A stretch of DNA of 64,000 nt, taken from the NCBI GenBank assembly GCA_963842945.1, contig CAWJIM010000023.1, positions 320,001-384,000 on the forward strand, given 5' to 3'. Source of the DNA: an uncultured Gemmatimonadales bacterium. Lineage in GTDB: Bacteria > Gemmatimonadota > Gemmatimonadetes > Gemmatimonadales > GWC2-71-9. Position numbers and translations under genes: made by a program. Shown here one piece after another: positions 31,961 through 40,953 of this stretch; position 1 is the stretch's first letter, and the number at the start of each line of letters is the position of its first letter. A model generated the notes under the pieces. It was not told where the DNA came from and ran no database searches. It saw nothing but the letters and a program-made list of their open reading frames with translations.

Positions 31961-32910
31961 TCATGCCGCAAAGCTCGCCAGCGCGCGTCCGACCTCGCCC
32001 TCCCGCAGTCGCTTGAGGGCCCGGTCTCGGAGCTGGCGCACCCGCTCGCGGGTGACACCCAGCATGCCACCGATCTCCTCCAGCGTATGCTCCCGGCCGC
32101 CGTCCAGGCCGAAGTAGAGCCGCAGCACCTTGGCGTCGCGCGGCGCCAGCGATCGAAGCGCACGGTCGATCTGCTCGGTCAGGAAGCTGCTCCATCGCCT
32201 GCTCTTCCGGGTCGCTCTGCTCGTCGGCCATGAAGCGGTCGATCATGGAGCGCTCGCTCTCCTGCTCGACCGGAGCGTCCAGCCGGACGTCGCTGGTGTT
32301 GAGGGCCGCGAGGGAGTGGACCACGTCGACGGCGAGCCCGGTGCGTCGGCGATCTCCTCTAGGTGGGCTCCCGGCGGAGGTCCTGGCGAAGCGTTTCGGA
32401 CGTGCGGGTGATCCGGGAGAGGTCGGCGGTGCGGTTGAGCGGGACCCGTACGGTGCGGCCCTGGCGGGCCAGCGCGGCGAGGATGGACTGGCGGATCCAC
32501 CAGACGGCGTAGGAGATGAACTTCACTCCCTGGTCGGGATCGAACTTCCGGGCCGCCGTCAGGAGCCCGAGGTTGCCCTCGCCGATCAGGTCGCTAAGGC
32601 CCATGCCCCGGTTCTGATACTTCTTGGCGACGGAGATGACGAAGCGAAGGTTGCGCTTGATCAGCTCCTGCATCGCGTCGGCGTCGCCGGCCTGGACAAG
32701 GCGGGCAACCGCCATTTCCTGCTGGCGGTTCAGCAGCGGAGTCTTGCTGACTTCGAAGAGATACTGATCGAGGATGTCGCGATCGGCATCGAACACGCCG
32801 AGGTTCTTGGTGGCCCGTCTCCGGGTCCGCCGCGGCTTGGCGGCTCGACTTGGCGAGATATCGGCGGTCGTGAGGTCAGGAACCGGGTCAGGGAGCGACT
32901 CGTTATTCAT
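31961..32910 (-). CDS. RpoD/RpoS-family sigma-70 factor lacking region 1.1 (frameshifted)
   Basis: NLRFVISVAKKY, DLIGEGNLGL, KFDPDQGVKFISYAVWWIRQ; region 4 TLEEIG..LGVTRERVRQL in another frame. Confidence 0.9.
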
Positions 32911-33043
32911 CGCGATAAGATCACCCTTCATCAGCACGGTTGGCCGAGTGGCGGGCCATGGTGCCTCGTTGACACTCACTCGGGCGCGGGATACGTTTCC
33001 GTGCTTGCCGCGGCGCCGTTCGAGGGCGGGACAATAAATACGC

Positions 33044-33116
33044 GGGGGCGTAGCTCAGTTGGGAGAGCGCGTGAATGGCATTCACGAGGTCAGGGGTTCG
33101 ATCCCCCTCGCCTCCA
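33044..33116 (+). tRNA. tRNA-Ala(GGC)
   Basis: Cloverleaf, anticodon GGC, G3:U70 pair, TTCGA loop. Confidence 0.97.
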
Positions 33117-33198
33117 CTGGCCCCTCTTCGGCCGGCTCAGACCCTGCATGCGGGTCGTTGCGCCGCGGCGGGTCGGACGCTAGAATCCTGACCGTTTC

Positions 33199-33271
33199 GC
33201 GGGAATAGCTCAGTTGGTAGAGCACAACCTTGCCAAGGTTGGGGTCGCGGGTTCGAGTCCCGTTTCCCGCT
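33199..33271 (+). tRNA. tRNA-Gly(GCC)
   Basis: GCGGGAATAGCTCAG..CCTTGCCAAGG..TTCGAG..TTCCCGCT. Confidence 0.97.
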
Positions 33272-33375
33272 CTCTGAGGCGGCCAGCAGTATGGTGCAGG
33301 CCAAAACCGCAGCTGTTGGACGGTCTCGAGTATCGGCCCGAGTATCGGTCTCGGTAGTGAGTCTGAAGCACACGT

Positions 33376-33449
33376 CGCGGGGTGGAGCAGTCTGGTAGCT
33401 CGCCGGGCTCATAACCCGGAGGTCGTGGGTTCAAATCCCACCCCCGCTA
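33376..33449 (+). tRNA. tRNA-fMet(CAT), initiator
   Basis: CGCGGGGTGGAGCAG.., GGG/CCC anticodon stem, unpaired 1:72. Confidence 0.96.
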
Positions 33450-33452
33450 TTG

Positions 33453-33581
33453 AAGGACGGGAAGGATGGGAAGGACGGGAAGGGCGGGAAGGACTGGACA
33501 GCGAGAGGGGTCGCTCCTGAGTGCGGTCCTGCTTGGCTCGCGGACCTCCTGCCTTCCCGTCCTTCCCGTCTTTCCCGTCCT
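33453..33581. repeat. Palindromic 9-mer (GGAAGGACG) element between tRNAs
   Basis: gaaggacgg gaaggatgg gaaggacgg gaagggcgg gaaggactg ... cttcccgtc cttcccgtc tttcccgtc. Confidence 0.85.
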
Positions 33582-33588
33582 GCACCGC

Positions 33589-33662
33589 GGGCGGTTAGCT
33601 CAGTTGGTTAGAGCGCCACGTTGACATCGTGGAGGTCACAAGTTCGAGTCTTGTACCGCCCA
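33589..33662 (+). tRNA. tRNA-Val(GAC)
   Basis: GGGCGGTTAGCTCAG..CCACG-TTGACAT-CGTGG..TTCGAG. Confidence 0.97.
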
Positions 33663-33665
33663 TGC

Positions 33666-33739
33666 GCGCCCTTAGCTCAATTGGATAGAGCATTTGACTA
33701 CGGATCAAAAGGCTGGGGGTTCGAGTCCCTCAGGGCGCA
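33666..33739 (+). tRNA. tRNA-Arg(ACG)
   Basis: GCGCCCTTAGCTCAATTGGATAGAGC..CTACGGA..TTCGAG..AGGGCGCA. Confidence 0.97.
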
Positions 33740-33872
33740 CTCGACAAACCGTGAGCGGGACTAGGACGGGCGTAAGCGGTGAGCGGGCTCCGGGAGATCG
33801 CCGGGCTGACTCGGCAATCTCCTCTGGCCATCCCGCTTACCTACGTTTCCTACCGCTTACGTTGTTAGAATA

Positions 33873-33947
33873 CGGGGCGTAGCGCAGCCCGGTTAGCGCG
33901 CCTGCTTCGGGAGCAGGAGGTCCCCGGTTCAAATCCGGGCGCCCCGA
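33873..33947 (+). tRNA. tRNA-Pro(CGG)
   Basis: CGGGGCGTAGCGCAGCC..CCTGC-TTCGGGA-GCAGG..TTCAAATCC..CGCCCCGA. Confidence 0.97.
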
Positions 33948-33956
33948 TGAGTAGTA

Positions 33957-33999
33957 AACTGAAACCCCGACCACCGTTATGGCTGGCGGGGTTTTAGTT
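33957..33999 (+). terminator. Terminator after tRNA cluster (possibly bidirectional)
   Basis: AACTGAAACCCCG...CGGGGTTTTAGTT inverted repeat. Confidence 0.75.
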
Positions 34000-34035
34000 G
34001 TCTTCTTCGCGCCCGATACCTGAGGATGGTTCACC

Positions 34036-34644
34036 TCAGGAAGGTTGCGCCATAGCCCCGCGACTGGTCTTCAGGATCGTCGGCTCCCACTCATCCCATC
34101 TTTCTGGAGCCGAGAACGCCAAATTCACAGTAATTCCTTTTGCCCCTTCAGAGTTCAAGGTCAAGACTGCCTCGTAGGAGCCGGGCGGGAAGTAGTGCTG
34201 GTGAGTATTGGGCAGGGATAGCGCCTTTGCCGTGCCGGGCCAGCATCCAGGTGGTCCACCGGGGATCGTGAACAGGACATCCAGGCGCCTATCGTCGAAG
34301 CCTATGTCTACGGGATGGGCCCCGGAGCTATCCACGGAGTAGTCTACATCAGCCCAGTGGAGAGGAAATCTTTTTTCGGCGAGCCTCAGGTTTCCTGGCC
34401 ACTTAGTGACGGTGAAAACTCCCACGCACCGCATCGCAGTATGGCTGCGGAGGTTGCAGACCTCAAGCGTGAAAACACGTCGATAGCGATTTTCTCCCAA
34501 TTCCAATGTGCGAAGGTCGCGCTCCCGGTCGAATGGCCGAATGGCAATCCTGGGGCGGTGTAGCCAGCGCTGAAACGCACTGGCTGCCTGCCAGAAGAAG
34601 GAGACAAGCCCGGCGACAGCCCCGATTTCCGTAAAGCTCGCCAT
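34036..34644 (-). CDS. Hypothetical protein with N-terminal membrane anchor, lower GC
   Basis: About 200 aa ORF, hydrophobic N-terminus, visibly AT-richer codons than neighbours. Confidence 0.65.
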   Translation of the reverse strand: MASFTEIGAVAGLVSFFWQAASAFQRWLHRPRIAIRPFDRERDLRTLELGENRYRRVFTLEVCNLRSHTAMRCVGVFTVTKWPGNLRLAEKRFPLHWADVDYSVDSSGAHPVDIGFDDRRLDVLFTIPGGPPGCWPGTAKALSLPNTHQHYFPPGSYEAVLTLNSEGAKGITVNLAFSAPERWDEWEPTILKTSRGAMAQPS

Positions 34645-34770
34645 AGGGTACAACCTAAACCTTTGATCGCAAGGCGTTCACTGAGAAGACCCAGGCTCCC
34701 CGGGGCGAGCGATGCCCTTGGGGGCCCTCCGCCACCTGTAACCGGCGGCTGAGGACCTTGCCTTCGCTCA

Positions 34771-37700
34771 CTAGTCCGGAGTTCTTCCTTTCGCCCACAG
34801 GGGGAACGCCGGCCGCTTGGCCACCTGTTTCGGCCGCTTCGCCAGCTCGTTCATCACAACCGCCACGGCCTTCTCCAGCTGCGAGTCGCGCCCCTTCCGC
34901 CACGCCGCCGGCTCCAGGTCCACCTCGACGTCCGGCGCCACGCCCTTATTCTCCACAGCGTATTCGCCCTCCGCCGTCCACAGGGCAATCCGCGGCGCGG
35001 TGACCAGACCTCCGTCCATCAGCGGAGGATAGCCGCCGATCCCCACCAGCCCGCCCCAGGTGCGGGTCCCGATCAGTGGCCCGATCTTGAAACGGCGGAA
35101 CAGCCAGGGCAGCTCGTCTCCGCCCGAGCCGGCGTATTCATTGATCAGCATCGCCTTCGGCCCATAGATCGCGCCGGCCGGAATCGGCACGTCCTCTCCA
35201 TAGCGCGACGTCACCCAGTTGAACGGCGCCTGCCGGCCCAGATACTCCACCATGTAGTCGGCGACGTTCCCACCGCCGTTGAACCGCTCGTCCACCACCG
35301 CGCCGAGCTTGTCCTGCTGAGCGAAGAAGTAGCGGTTGAAGCGGGTGTAGCCCTCGTTGGCGGTGTTGGGCACGTAGATGTAGCCCAGCTTGCCGCCCGA
35401 GAGGCTGTCCACCACCCGGCGGTTGTGATCGATCCAGGCCAGATGCCTGAGCATCACCTCGCTCGGCAGCGGCACCGCAGTCACGTCGCGGGCTCCGCTG
35501 CCGTCCGGCTTGGGGCCCACCCGGAGCACCACCGACTTTCCCGCGGTGCCTTCGAGCGCCTGATCCACATTGTCCTTTGCGGTGAGCGGCCGGCCGTCCA
35601 CCGCCAGCAGATACTCGCCCGGCTGCACGTTCACGCCCGGCTGGGTGAGCGGGGCGACGGTAGACGGATTCCAGTTCTCGCCGGCATAGACCTTGGTGAA
35701 ACGCCACCGATCGTTGGCAATGGTGTAGTCGGCCCCCAGGAGACCGTTGGGAGGAGTCTTGGTCGGCGTCTCATTCGGACCGACGACGAACAGGTGGCCT
35801 ACCGTCAGGTTGCCGAACACCTCCTCCAGCAGGTAATCCAGATCGGCGCGCCCGCCCAGGCCGTCGACATAGCGTTGATAGAATTTCTCGGTTTTATCGA
35901 GATCGAGGCCGTGATAGTTGGGGTCATAGAAGTAGGCCCGCTGCAGCCGGAACGCCTCGTGATACATCTCGGCCCATTCCGCCCGCGGATCGGTCTGGAC
36001 CTGGATGTCCTCGGTGTTGAGCACGCCACCCGCACCAGCGGAGGCGCTCTCCGGACCCGCGGCAGCGCTGTCGGGCGGCGGCGGCGGGCCCAGCGGGGCA
36101 ATGGTCCACTTGCCCTGCTGCCGGTAGAGCAGCATGCCCCCGTCCCGGGACACATCGAAGTCGCCCACGTCCCGCATCAACTCCTTTGCCTTCCGCTCGC
36201 CCAGATCGAACTTGTGCAGAACGAAGGTCAAGGTGTCCGGCTGGATGTCCACCGGTATCAGGGGCTGCTCGGCCAGCACCACGACCCCCTGCTTGCCGGG
36301 GATCAGGGCGACGTAGTTCTTTGGGTCCGCCGGCAGCGCGATCGTGCGCTGGTCGATGCCCTCGAAATCGATCCGCACCGGCTCCGGAGCGGCCACCGCC
36401 CCCAGGCTGTCCTTCCCTGGCTTCACCGCCTTGGCGCCCTTCACGTCACCCGCCGCCGCCTTGGCGTTGCTCTTGGCCGCGCTGTCGCCCTTGGCCCTTT
36501 CCTCATCGCTCTCGGGCGCCAGCGGCGACGGCTGGTCGTTCCTGAGCACGATGGCGTAGAGCCCCCGGGTGATCGGGTGATCGTAGGTCGTCATGCTGAA
36601 GTCACTGGCCGGCCCCGCGTCGGTGCTGGCGACGAAGTAGAGGTACTTGCCGCTGGCGTCGAATCCCGGGGTGCGCACGTCGCTCAGCCCGTCGGTGACC
36701 TGGGTGAACTTGCCGTGCTCCAGGTCGTACACGAACACGGCGCCCAGCCGGTTCTTGATCGAGCGGGCATACGCCAGCCAGCGCGAGTCGGGTGACCAGG
36801 AGCTGGAGAAGGAGTTGTCCCAGCCTGGGCCCAGCGGATCGGTGTCCACCTTGGTGGTCTTGCCGCTGGCGACATCGGCGTACCACAGCTCGCCCCGGGA
36901 GTTGTTGTAGGCGATTCGCTTCCCGTCGGGCGACCAGATCGGGCGGAAGTAGTAGGTGTCGTCGTCGCCCAGCTTGATACTGCGCGGTTGCCCGGTGCCG
37001 GCTTGGCCGCGAAGCTCGAGGTGATAGGCGCCGCCGGCATCGGAGAAGTAGGCCACCGTCTGGCCATCGGGCGACCAGCTGGGATAGCGCTCGGTGGCGC
37101 CCGGCGTGTGGCTGATGTCGCGGGCATCGCCCTTCTTGGCGGGCACCGTCAGGATCTCACCCCGGGCCTCGAACGCCGCCCGCACGCCCGTCGGCGACAG
37201 CGCCGGATGTTCGAGCTTGTCCCCCACTGGTACCCAATGGGGCAGCGCGGCGGTGAGCTCCCCCGCCAGCGTCACGGGCACCGGCGACGATTTCCCGGTT
37301 TTCAGGTCGTACAGGTGGAGGCCGCCGAACTGCTCGTAGACGATCCCACCGGGGCCGGCAGAGGCATACTTGACGTCCAGACCCTTGTTCTCGATCCGCC
37401 GGACCACGCGCTTGGTCCGAGTATCGTAGCTGTAGAGCGTGGCCGGCCCCTCCCGGTCGCTCACGAAGAAAACCGTGTCGCCCACCCACATGGGATATTG
37501 GTCGGTGGAGCCCTGACGCGGGATTTTCTCCACCGCGGCATCCGTCAGCGACGCAATCCAGATCGGCGTCGTGCGCCCGCCGCGATAGCGCTTCCAGGCC
37601 CGGTTGGCCGGAGGAAACGGCAGGTAGGCCAGCCGCTTGCCGTCGGCGCTCAGGGCGCCATCCCACACGCTGGGCAGGTCCACCGGCGCCGGCTGCACCC

Positions 37701-38148
37701 CGTCGGGCGCCTGGACGAAGAGGCGGGGGGCTCCCAGGGCCTGAGCCAGAGCGATGCCGTCGCGGTCCGACATGAACAGCACCTTGCCGTCGGCGGTCCA
37801 GCCGCGAACCCGGTCGGCCGAGGGACGGTAGGTGAGTCGCTTGGGGGTGCCGCCGCTCCCCGCAATCACGTACACATCGGCGTTGTTGTTGCTGGTGTTG
37901 GTATATGCAATCCAGCGTCCGTCGGGGGAGTAATGGCAGCCCGACTCCGTGCCGGGCGAGGCGGTCAGCCGGTGCGCGGTACCGCCGGTGCGACCCACGG
38001 TCCAGAGATCTCCGGCAAAGCTGAAACAGATTTCGGAGGCACTCAGGGCGGGCTCCCTGAGGAGAAGTGGCGAACCGCCCTGGCCGTAGGCTGTGGCAAC
38101 AAGGAGGCAGGTCGACGCAGTGAGCAGGTGGATGCGGAGGACAGGCAT
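34771..38148 (-). CDS. Tricorn protease homolog (S41 family)
   Basis: Signal peptide, beta-propeller WSPDG repeats, PDZ, DERFNGGG, AGSGGD, GTRTWGGLVG, VENKGVAPD. Confidence 0.95.
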   Translation of the reverse strand: MPVLRIHLLTASTCLLVATAYGQGGSPLLLREPALSASEICFSFAGDLWTVGRTGGTAHRLTASPGTESGCHYSPDGRWIAYTNTSNNNADVYVIAGSGGTPKRLTYRPSADRVRGWTADGKVLFMSDRDGIALAQALGAPRLFVQAPDGVQPAPVDLPSVWDGALSADGKRLAYLPFPPANRAWKRYRGGRTTPIWIASLTDAAVEKIPRQGSTDQYPMWVGDTVFFVSDREGPATLYSYDTRTKRVVRRIENKGLDVKYASAGPGGIVYEQFGGLHLYDLKTGKSSPVPVTLAGELTAALPHWVPVGDKLEHPALSPTGVRAAFEARGEILTVPAKKGDARDISHTPGATERYPSWSPDGQTVAYFSDAGGAYHLELRGQAGTGQPRSIKLGDDDTYYFRPIWSPDGKRIAYNNSRGELWYADVASGKTTKVDTDPLGPGWDNSFSSSWSPDSRWLAYARSIKNRLGAVFVYDLEHGKFTQVTDGLSDVRTPGFDASGKYLYFVASTDAGPASDFSMTTYDHPITRGLYAIVLRNDQPSPLAPESDEERAKGDSAAKSNAKAAAGDVKGAKAVKPGKDSLGAVAAPEPVRIDFEGIDQRTIALPADPKNYVALIPGKQGVVVLAEQPLIPVDIQPDTLTFVLHKFDLGERKAKELMRDVGDFDVSRDGGMLLYRQQGKWTIAPLGPPPPPDSAAAGPESASAGAGGVLNTEDIQVQTDPRAEWAEMYHEAFRLQRAYFYDPNYHGLDLDKTEKFYQRYVDGLGGRADLDYLLEEVFGNLTVGHLFVVGPNETPTKTPPNGLLGADYTIANDRWRFTKVYAGENWNPSTVAPLTQPGVNVQPGEYLLAVDGRPLTAKDNVDQALEGTAGKSVVLRVGPKPDGSGARDVTAVPLPSEVMLRHLAWIDHNRRVVDSLSGGKLGYIYVPNTANEGYTRFNRYFFAQQDKLGAVVDERFNGGGNVADYMVEYLGRQAPFNWVTSRYGEDVPIPAGAIYGPKAMLINEYAGSGGDELPWLFRRFKIGPLIGTRTWGGLVGIGGYPPLMDGGLVTAPRIALWTAEGEYAVENKGVAPDVEVDLEPAAWRKGRDSQLEKAVAVVMNELAKRPKQVAKRPAFPLWAKGRTPD

Positions 38149-38286
38149 TGGCCCTTTTCCTAGATCACGGAGACAGGATGCTGGAAGCTATTCCGCTCGA
38201 ATAGGCATCCCGCTTGCCCGGAAGGCAACACCCCTGTCTCCCTCTGCTCCTTACCGACTCGCGTCCGGGCTATAGATTCTGCCCCC

Positions 38287-38667
38287 ATGGCGACCCCCCT
38301 GCCGGTCGAGCCGCACATCATCAGCGTGCTGGTGGTGGACGACGAAGAAGTGATGCGCGCTCTCCTCATCCGCACCATGGAGTTCGAGCACTACCGGGTC
38401 TACTCGGCAGCCGATGGAGTGGAAGCCCTGGCGGTCTTTGAGAAGAACTTTCCCATCGACCTGGTGATCGCGGATGTGAGCATGCCGCGCATGGATGGCC
38501 GCGAGCTCGCGCTGGAGCTGGCCCGGCGGCAGCCGCACCTGCCAGTGGTGCTCATCTCGGGGGTTTACCTCCACGGTGGGTCCGATCTTCCGGGGCCCGT
38601 ATTGCCCAAGCCGTTCACCCCGATGGCCCTTGCGGCGCGGGTGCGGGAAGTGCTTTCCCTTTCCTGA
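38287..38667 (+). CDS. Single-domain response regulator
   Basis: VLVVDDE, DLVIADVSMPRMDG, ISG, KPF. Confidence 0.92.
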   Translation: MATPLPVEPHIISVLVVDDEEVMRALLIRTMEFEHYRVYSAADGVEALAVFEKNFPIDLVIADVSMPRMDGRELALELARRQPHLPVVLISGVYLHGGSDLPGPVLPKPFTPMALAARVREVLSLS

Positions 38668-38750
38668 CTCTCCAGTCCTCAAGTTTGCCGGCGGCATCCC
38701 GAGACTCTGCTCGGCTGTTTGGTTTTTTCCCGGGAAAGGGAGGACTCGCG

Positions 38751-39038
38751 GTGGACGTTCGCGAGGCAAGGCTCAAAGAAGAGTTTGCGGCTCAGTACCC
38801 CGGCATCCCTCCCGAGGTTTGGCTTCCCGTGGCCGAGCTGGCCCGGAAGCTGGTAGAACGTCACCAGAGCGGGCGGAAGGCCGGCCGCTTCACCCGGACG
38901 TTCGATCCCACCCACTTCGAGTTCCGCGGCGGCGCGAGCGAGCGACGCTCTCGCGGGTCTCGCACCCGGATTACCGACCGGAAGCATCCTCCTACTCGGC
39001 AGCTCCCAGATTCTGAAGGCCCCCGACTCGAATCCTGA
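38751..39038 (+). CDS. Small unrecognised protein, HFEFRG family copy A
   Basis: GGAGG RBS then GTG; REARLKEEFAAQYPGIPPEVW..THFEFRGG. Confidence 0.8.
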   Translation: MDVREARLKEEFAAQYPGIPPEVWLPVAELARKLVERHQSGRKAGRFTRTFDPTHFEFRGGASERRSRGSRTRITDRKHPPTRQLPDSEGPRLES

Positions 39039-39091
39039 TCGGCTGACTCGTCCCAGTTGATTTCACGCGGGAACCGGGTGATCCTCACGCG

Positions 39092-40168
39092 ATGAATTCA
39101 CCCCGGCGTCTGATTCGCGACCCTGAAGGCCTCAATACCGCCTCCTGGCCCGTTCCTCCCCAGGATTTCATCACCCCGGTCGATCGCTTTTTCACCCGGA
39201 GCCATGCGGCGGTTCCCCGGATCGATCCCCAATCCTGGCGGCTCGAGATCGGCGGACTGGTGGAGCATCCGCGGAGCTACTCTCTGCCCGAGCTGATGAG
39301 CGCATTCACCCGGCGGACCGTAGCGGCTACGCTGGTGTGTGCCGGCCTTCGGCGGGACGAGTTTCTCCACCTGGGGCCACTGCCGGGAGAGCTTCCCTGG
39401 GGGCCGGAGCCGGTGAGCGCGGGCGAATGGACCGGCCTGGCTCTGGGCGATCTGCTGCAGGCTATCGGGGTGAAGGGTGAGGCCCGCCACGTGGAGCTGA
39501 TCGGTCTCGATCGCGTAGAGCGCCATGGCCGGGAATTCGGCTTCGGCGGATCCATCGACCTGGCCAAGGCGCAGAGCGATGAGGTGCTGCTCGCCACCCA
39601 TCTGAACGGCGCTCCTCTTCCCCCTGCCCACGGCTTTCCGCTTCGGGCGGTGGTGCCCGGCTGGATCGGGGCCAGGAGCGTGAAGTGGCTGGGTCGGATG
39701 AATCTGCGGAGGGATCCCACCGACAACTACTTCCAGACTCAGGCCTACCGGGTGCAGCGCGAGCTGAATCCGCGAGACCCGCGTGACGTGTCGGCGGGAA
39801 CCGCGCTGACAGAGGTTCCGGTGAATTCGGTGATCGTGCATCCCGAGCCGAACCAGCTATTGGCGCCCGGCAGAACGATCGTGCGCGGCTGGGCGATGGG
39901 CTCCGCCGCCCGGCTGATCACCAGAGTCGAGGTGACAACCGAGGGCCGGGACGAGTGGGTCCCCGCCCGCATCCTGCCTCAGGAGTCGGCTTGGACCTGG
40001 GCCTTCTGGGAGGCGGAGCTCGACCTCGAGCCGGGGCAGTACGTCCTGTGCGTGCGGGCCAGCGACAGCTCCGGCGCCACCCAGCCCTCCGATGTGCGGG
40101 ACGCCTGGAACGTGAAGGGGTACGTCAACAACGCGTGGCACCGGGTGCCGGTCAGGGTGGAGCGCTAG
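39092..40168 (+). CDS. Sulfite oxidase-family molybdoenzyme
   Basis: FFTRSH, TLVCAGLRR (Mo-ligating Cys), HGFPLRAVVPGWIGARSVKWL, WNVKGYVNNAWHR. Confidence 0.92.
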   Translation: MNSPRRLIRDPEGLNTASWPVPPQDFITPVDRFFTRSHAAVPRIDPQSWRLEIGGLVEHPRSYSLPELMSAFTRRTVAATLVCAGLRRDEFLHLGPLPGELPWGPEPVSAGEWTGLALGDLLQAIGVKGEARHVELIGLDRVERHGREFGFGGSIDLAKAQSDEVLLATHLNGAPLPPAHGFPLRAVVPGWIGARSVKWLGRMNLRRDPTDNYFQTQAYRVQRELNPRDPRDVSAGTALTEVPVNSVIVHPEPNQLLAPGRTIVRGWAMGSAARLITRVEVTTEGRDEWVPARILPQESAWTWAFWEAELDLEPGQYVLCVRASDSSGATQPSDVRDAWNVKGYVNNAWHRVPVRVER

Positions 40169-40287
40169 TATTGGGCTGCTACGCGCTTCCCCGACGCCCG
40201 CGGGTCCAATAGTTTAGGGTCGTCCGCATGGTGGTGCGCGCCCTGCCAGTGCCCACCCACTACTCGATCGCGTCCAACACTCAGAAT

Positions 40288-40953
40288 ATGCGGCTTCCTT
40301 TGCTGGCGCCGTCCTCAAGATTGCTGCGCTCCCCCTGGCTGCTTCCCGCATGCATGATCGGGATCAGTGCCATGGCGCTCCTGGCTGCCCGGGTTTGGAC
40401 CGACTGGTCCCGGCTGCTATACCTGGTGCCCTACACCTTTCTCGGCAACTCGCTGGCCCCGTTGCCCTACGATGGCGCCGTGCTGTATCTGGGTGGCCGC
40501 TACTCGTTGGCGCTGATCGTGCTGGTCGCGGTACTGGCGACGCTGGTGATCGAGGCCTGGAACATGGAGCTGCTGAGGCGACTCATGGCCCGCGAGGGCA
40601 CGCGAGGGTTTCGGTCTCATCGGATCACCCAGTGGTCTCTCCGGTGCTATCGCAAGGCGCCATTCTGGTCTCTGGTGGCCACCTGCGTGCTGCCGATCGT
40701 GCCTCACTATCCCATGCGAGTTCTGGCCGTGCTGGCGGAATACCCGATGTGGAAGTACCAGCTCTCGGTGGTGCTCGGCCGGGGAACCCGCTATCTCGGG
40801 CTGGCTGGAATGGGGTTGGCCTATCGGGTCCCGGGTCCCTGGATTGCCGTGGGGAGTCTGGTGGTGCTGGCACTGGGTATTCGCGCGGCGCGCCGGATGA
40901 ATGAGTCGGGCGAGAGCATCACCACCCTGCCGCCGATAGCAGAGGAAGCATGA
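40288..40953 (+). CDS. VTT/DedA-like membrane protein
   Basis: Multi-TM; LPIVPHYPMRVLA..YP..KY...VVLGRGTRY pattern. Confidence 0.6.
   Translation: MRLPLLAPSSRLLRSPWLLPACMIGISAMALLAARVWTDWSRLLYLVPYTFLGNSLAPLPYDGAVLYLGGRYSLALIVLVAVLATLVIEAWNMELLRRLMAREGTRGFRSHRITQWSLRCYRKAPFWSLVATCVLPIVPHYPMRVLAVLAEYPMWKYQLSVVLGRGTRYLGLAGMGLAYRVPGPWIAVGSLVVLALGIRAARRMNESGESITTLPPIAEEA

Noticed and set aside
33044..33947. tRNA genes lacking encoded CCA
   Set aside because: Common in many bacteria; CCA is added enzymatically.
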